Source: Vulcanimicrobiota bacterium (GTDB taxonomy: Bacteria; Vulcanimicrobiota; Vulcanimicrobiia; Vulcanimicrobiales; Vulcanimicrobiaceae). Taken from it: 64,000 nt of DNA. Under the pieces are notes generated by a model that worked only from the letters and a program-made list of their open reading frames with translations, searched no databases and was not told the origin of the DNA. Shown here piece after piece: positions 59,890-64,000 of the stretch; the stretch's first letter is position 1, and each line of letters starts with the position of its first letter. The translations under genes were made by a program, and so were the position numbers. The DNA lies in NCBI GenBank assembly GCA_963820825.1, contig CAWGBN010000002.1:160001-224000 (forward strand), given 5' to 3'.

Positions 59890-61124
59890 AGCGAGACCAC
59901 CGCTCCGTCTTTGCAGACCGCGGCAGCGAGATTCCCGCCGAACTGCCAGCCGAACTCATCGGGCGATGCGAATCGCAGCGCGACGAAGTCGGCCCTGGCC
60001 CCGGCGCGAATGCGTCCGGCATCGGCTCGCAACGAGTGCGCCGCCGCGCGCGTCACCGCGTAGAGCGCTTCGGGTGCGGTGAGCCCAAAGAGCTTACGTC
60101 CGAAGAATGCGACCGTTTGCAGGTTGAAACAGGGTGACGTTCCGGGATTATAATCGCTCGCGAGTGCGACCATCGCGCCGGCCTCGAGCAACGCGCGGAC
60201 CGGCGCGCGCTGGGGCAGGTCGAGATACGCGATCGTCGCCGGGCACGCCACCGTCACGATGCCGCGCTCCGCGATCGCACCGACGTCGTACTTGCGGATG
60301 AAGTTGCAGTGATCGACGGCATCGACCTCGAGGTGTGCGGCCATCTCGGCCGCGCCGCCGTAGGCCATCTCGTCGCAATGCACCCGCAGCCGCATCCCGT
60401 GCAAGCGCGCCGCGTCGAGGTAGCGTCGCGTCTGGTCGGGCGAGAAGAATCCCGGCTCGCAGAAGGCATCGGCGTAGACCGCTCCATGCGATGCCGCCGC
60501 CGGAACGACCTGATCGATCAGGTAATCAACGAAGGCCTCTTCCTGTGTAAACTCGGGCGGAAGCGCGTGCGCGCCAAGAAAGGTCGCGATCAGATTCGGA
60601 ACGTCGGGATCGTTGCGGTGCTGTGCGATCAAATCGAGCAGCGCGGATTCGCCAGGTTTATGAAGCGCGTAACCGGTCTTGGTCTCGAGCGTCGTCGTCC
60701 CGTGGGCGAGGATCGTGCGCAGACGCGGCCGCACGATCTCGTCGTAGAACTTCTCCGGATCGAGCAGCGCGTCGCGAGTTCGCGCGATCGTATACTGCAT
60801 GCCGAGCGGCGGAGTCTCGCCGCGCAGACGCGCGGCGAAATCGGGTTCGCGATCGCCTGCGAAGAGCGGATGAGCGTGCGCGTCGACGAGACCGGGTACG
60901 ATCACGCAATCGCCCAAGTCGAGCTGATCTACTGCCCTTCGACTGCGCGCCTGCGGCGCACCGCTCAAGATGACATTCGAAGAACCGACGGCTGAGAATT
61001 TTCCGTCCTCGATGACCAGCGCCCCATCGTCGATGCGGCCGAGCGCATCGAAGTCGATACCGCATTGCGGAACGTCGGTATCGCAGGTGACGATCGTCCG
61101 AGCGCGGACGATCAAAGACGCCAA
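59886..61124 (-). CDS. hutI: Imidazolonepropionase
   Basis: [52 protein letters not shown]. Confidence 0.93.
   Translation of the reverse strand: MASLIVRARTIVTCDTDVPQCGIDFDALGRIDDGALVIEDGKFSAVGSSNVILSGAPQARSRRAVDQLDLGDCVIVPGLVDAHAHPLFAGDREPDFAARLRGETPPLGMQYTIARTRDALLDPEKFYDEIVRPRLRTILAHGTTTLETKTGYALHKPGESALLDLIAQHRNDPDVPNLIATFLGAHALPPEFTQEEAFVDYLIDQVVPAAASHGAVYADAFCEPGFFSPDQTRRYLDAARLHGMRLRVHCDEMAYGGAAEMAAHLEVDAVDHCNFIRKYDVGAIAERGIVTVACPATIAYLDLPQRAPVRALLEAGAMVALASDYNPGTSPCFNLQTVAFFGRKLFGLTAPEALYAVTRAAAHSLRADAGRIRAGARADFVALRFASPDEFGWQFGGNLAAAVCKDGAVVSL
60936..60975. repeat. REP-like element in-frame within hutI
   Basis: CCTTCGACTGCGCGCCTGCGGCGCACCGCTCAAGATGACA, encoding [13 protein letters not shown] on minus strand. 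Confidence 0.7.
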
Positions 61125-62770
61125 TCAATGCCCTTTGCGTCGGCCGTTTCGATCGCTTCGTCGTATCCCGCGTCGGCGTGGCGCACGACGCCCATACCCG
61201 AGTCGGTGGCGAGCACGCAGGCGAGGCGCTCTTGCGCATCCTCGCTGCCGTCGGCGACGACGACCATTCCGGCGTGCAGGCTATAGCCGATTCCGACGCC
61301 GCCGCCATGATGGAAGCTGACCCAGTGCGCCCCGGCCGCGGTGTTGAGCAGCGCGTTGAGGATCGGCCAGTCGGCGATCGCATCGCTGCCGTCGCGCATC
61401 GCCTCGGTCTCGCGATAGGGCGAAGCGACGCTGCCGGTATCGAGGTGATCGCGGCCGATAACGATCGGCGCTTTGACGGCACCGCTGCGCACGAGCTCGT
61501 TGAAAGCAAGGCCCGCTTTCGCCCGGTCGCCGTAACCGAGCCAGCAGATCCGCGCGGGCAAGCCTTGAAACGCAATGCGCTCGCGAGCGAGTCGAATCCA
61601 TCGCTCGAGCGAGGCGTTCTCGGGAAAGAGCTCCAGAAGTCTCCGATCGCAGCACTCGATGTCGCTCGGATCGCCGGAGAGTGCCGCGAACCGAAAAGGC
61701 CCAGAGCCGCGGCAGAAGAGCGGTCGAATGAAGGCCGGGACGAAGCCCGGGAAAGCGAAAGCGCGCCCGAACCCGGCACGCTGCGCCTGCGCGCGGATGT
61801 TGTTGCCGTAGTCGAAGACGACCGCGCCCGAGTCGAGATAGCGCACCATCGCCTCGACGTGCCGGCCGCAGCTCTCCAACGCACGGCGCTCGTATTCGTT
61901 CGGATCGCGCTCGCGCAAGACGGCCGCCTGCTCGAGCGAAAGCTCGGCCGGAACGTAACCGTTGAGCAGATCGTGGGCCGAGGTTTGATCGGTCACCGCG
62001 TCGGGACGTAGCCCCAGCTCGTAGAGCATGGGAAACTCTTCGGCTGCATTTCCTTCGTAGCCGATCGATACGGCCTCGCCCGCACGGCGGGCCGACTCGA
62101 CCTGCGCGAGCGCCTCTTCCCGCGACTCGACGACGCGGTCGAGGTAGCGCAGCTCGCGCCGGCGATCGAGACGCGCCCGGTCGACGTCGACGATCAGACA
62201 GATGCCGCCGTTCATAACGATGGCCAGCGGCTGTGCGCCGCCCATTCCGCCGACGCCGGCCGTCAGGGTGACGCGCCCTTCGAGCGATCCGCCGAAGTGC
62301 CGGCGCGCCAGCTCGGCAAAGGTCTCGTAGGTGCCCTGAACGATGCCTTGGGTTCCGATGTAGATCCACGATCCGGCCGTCATCTGGCCGTACATCGTCA
62401 GCCCTTGCGCCTCAAGCTCGCGAAAGATGCTCCAGTCGGCCCATTTCGGAACCAGGTTGGCGTTGGCGATCAGGACGCGCGGAGCGCGAGCGTGCGTCTT
62501 CCAGACGGCAACCGGCTTCCCGCTTTGAACGATCAGCGTCTCGTCGTTCTTCAGCCGGCGCAGGGTACGAACGATCGCGTCGAAGGCGCTCCACGACCGC
62601 GCCGCGCGGCCGTTGCCGCCGTAGACGACGAGATCGTCGGGCCGCTCGGCAACCTCGGGATCGAGGTTGTTCATCAGCATCCGTAACGCGGCTTCTTGCG
62701 GCCAACCCGCGCAGGATATTTGCGTGCCGCGCGGCGCCCGAACGGCGCGCGGGCCTGCCGTAACGCTCAT
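61112..62770 (-). CDS. hutU: Urocanate hydratase
   Basis: [57 protein letters not shown]. Confidence 0.98.
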   Translation of the reverse strand: MSVTAGPRAVRAPRGTQISCAGWPQEAALRMLMNNLDPEVAERPDDLVVYGGNGRAARSWSAFDAIVRTLRRLKNDETLIVQSGKPVAVWKTHARAPRVLIANANLVPKWADWSIFRELEAQGLTMYGQMTAGSWIYIGTQGIVQGTYETFAELARRHFGGSLEGRVTLTAGVGGMGGAQPLAIVMNGGICLIVDVDRARLDRRRELRYLDRVVESREEALAQVESARRAGEAVSIGYEGNAAEEFPMLYELGLRPDAVTDQTSAHDLLNGYVPAELSLEQAAVLRERDPNEYERRALESCGRHVEAMVRYLDSGAVVFDYGNNIRAQAQRAGFGRAFAFPGFVPAFIRPLFCRGSGPFRFAALSGDPSDIECCDRRLLELFPENASLERWIRLARERIAFQGLPARICWLGYGDRAKAGLAFNELVRSGAVKAPIVIGRDHLDTGSVASPYRETEAMRDGSDAIADWPILNALLNTAAGAHWVSFHHGGGVGIGYSLHAGMVVVADGSEDAQERLACVLATDSGMGVVRHADAGYDEAIETADAKGIDWRL

Positions 62771-62784
62771 GCGTCGCCTTTCTT

Positions 62785-62814
62785 CCTTCGAGACAGTTTA
62801 TCCTGAGGATGACA
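62785..62814. repeat. Shortened REP-like element between hutU and the TonB-dependent receptor
   Basis: CCTTCGAGACAGTTTATCCTGAGGATGACA shares both ends with the 10791 copy. Confidence 0.6.
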
Positions 62815-62842
62815 AAACCGTTAACCACGAGAACGTCGGCTG

Positions 62843-64000
62843 ATGCTGCTGCACGCGCTCGGACGTACGACATCGCTTCTCGTGCTCGTAGGCATCTTCG
62901 CCGCGAGCGTTTTACCCGCGCAGGCCGGAACGACCGGCGCGATCACCGGACAGGTGGTGAGCACGACGAAGGCGCCGATTGCGGGCGCGCGCGTCGTCGC
63001 CGTCAGCCCCTCGCAGACGGCGACGGTTATCACCGACGCGTCGGGCCGCTTCTCGCTCCTTTCGCTGGCACCGGAGACCTATACGATCACCGTCTCCAAG
63101 GACGGGTTCGATACGACCTCGCTGACCGGCATCTCGGTCTTTGCCGATCAACTGCAGACGCTGCGCGTGACCTTGGCGCCTTCACTGCGAACGATTGCGC
63201 ACGTCACCGCGCGTTCGTCGATGGATCTCGTGAAATCGGGCACGACGAGCGACGTCTACTCGGTCAATTCGACCGTTACTGCGGCCGCGGCGGGAATCGG
63301 CGGCGGCGGAAATTTGAACAACGCCTATTCGGCGATCGCCGCCGTCCCTGGGACCTTCGTGCCGCCGAATCAGCAAGGCTGGGACCAAGTGGTCTATATT
63401 CGCGGCGGCAACTACGACCAAGTGGGTTACGAGTTCGACGGCGTTCCGGTGAATCGGTCGTTCGATAACTACCCCGGCAGCACGGCCGGCACGCTCGGTC
63501 AGCAAGAGCTACAAGTCTATGCCGGCGGTGGAACGGCCGGCGAGAGCGCCTCGGGATTGGCCGGCTTCATCAATCAAGTCATCAAGACCGGAACCTTTCC
63601 GGGATACGCGACGGTCAGCGGCGGAATCGGCACGCCGACCTACTATCACAACCTGCAAGTCGAAGTCGGGGGAGCGACGCCCGATCGGCTCTTCTCCTAC
63701 TACGTCGGCGTCGGCGGCTACAACCAGGGCTATCGCTATCTCAATCAGTTCGACGGCTCCGACCTCGGCAACGTCTGGGGCTATCCGGCGATCGCCTTTA
63801 ACACCGCTAACCAATACTTTGGCGGCGTCTTTCCATCGTGCGGCTACAATCCACCAAGAGGTTCGGGCTACTACAACGGCCCCAATCCTTCGCCGGTCTG
63901 GGATCCGTTTTCGCTTAGTCCAGGGCAACCGGGCTATGTGCCGCTTCCGGTCAACACGATGAACAAAACCGGACTCGGCAACGACCCCGGTTGTTACGCG
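62843..64000 (+). CDS. TonB-dependent receptor with N-terminal carboxypeptidase-regulatory-like domain (partial, runs off window)
   Basis: Not in ORF track; manual translation MLLHALGR..AQAGTTGAITGQVV..TDASGRFSLLSLAPETYTITVSKDGF..VYIRGGNYDQVGYEFDGVPVN. Confidence 0.88.
   Translation, partial: MLLHALGRTTSLLVLVGIFAASVLPAQAGTTGAITGQVVSTTKAPIAGARVVAVSPSQTATVITDASGRFSLLSLAPETYTITVSKDGFDTTSLTGISVFADQLQTLRVTLAPSLRTIAHVTARSSMDLVKSGTTSDVYSVNSTVTAAAAGIGGGGNLNNAYSAIAAVPGTFVPPNQQGWDQVVYIRGGNYDQVGYEFDGVPVNRSFDNYPGSTAGTLGQQELQVYAGGGTAGESASGLAGFINQVIKTGTFPGYATVSGGIGTPTYYHNLQVEVGGATPDRLFSYYVGVGGYNQGYRYLNQFDGSDLGNVWGYPAIAFNTANQYFGGVFPSCGYNPPRGSGYYNGPNPSPVWDPFSLSPGQPGYVPLPVNTMNKTGLGNDPGCYA

Overview
High-GC bacterial chromosomal segment, mostly housekeeping genes. 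It has a Firmicutes-like gene order (hemW-PIN/TRAM-ispD-ispF-cysE-cysS-rlmB-sigH; cmk-plsC-ispH) together with diderm envelope genes (TolC-family channels, TonB-dependent receptor) and hopanoid genes. This mix suggests Ca. Eremiobacterota/Vulcanimicrobiota (inference only). The first ~10.7 kb is an accessory zone in which four tRNA genes (Thr-GGU, Gly-UCC, Tyr-GUA, Thr-UGU) are separated by passenger genes. The rest holds core metabolism (plsX, rpmB, thiL, rpe, yebC, radA, dapD, tkt-tal/pgi-zwf-opcA-pgl, hutU-hutI-hutF-like), a GT-C/PMT fusion and an EmrAB-type efflux operon. Most notable: (1) a tRNA-Thr(UGU) with a class II long variable arm whose 5' end overlaps the stop codon of an AT-rich HNH endonuclease gene; (2) three tandem TolC paralogues in one efflux operon, possibly a heterotrimeric channel; (3) a dispersed palindromic repeat family, one copy in-frame inside hutI; (4) apparent CTG/ATT starts. 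Several +1 frameshifts in core genes (sigH, ispD, hemW, tkt) indicate probable sequencing/assembly indels, so single-base observations need read-level confirmation. No CRISPR array, rRNA, integrase or transposase was seen.
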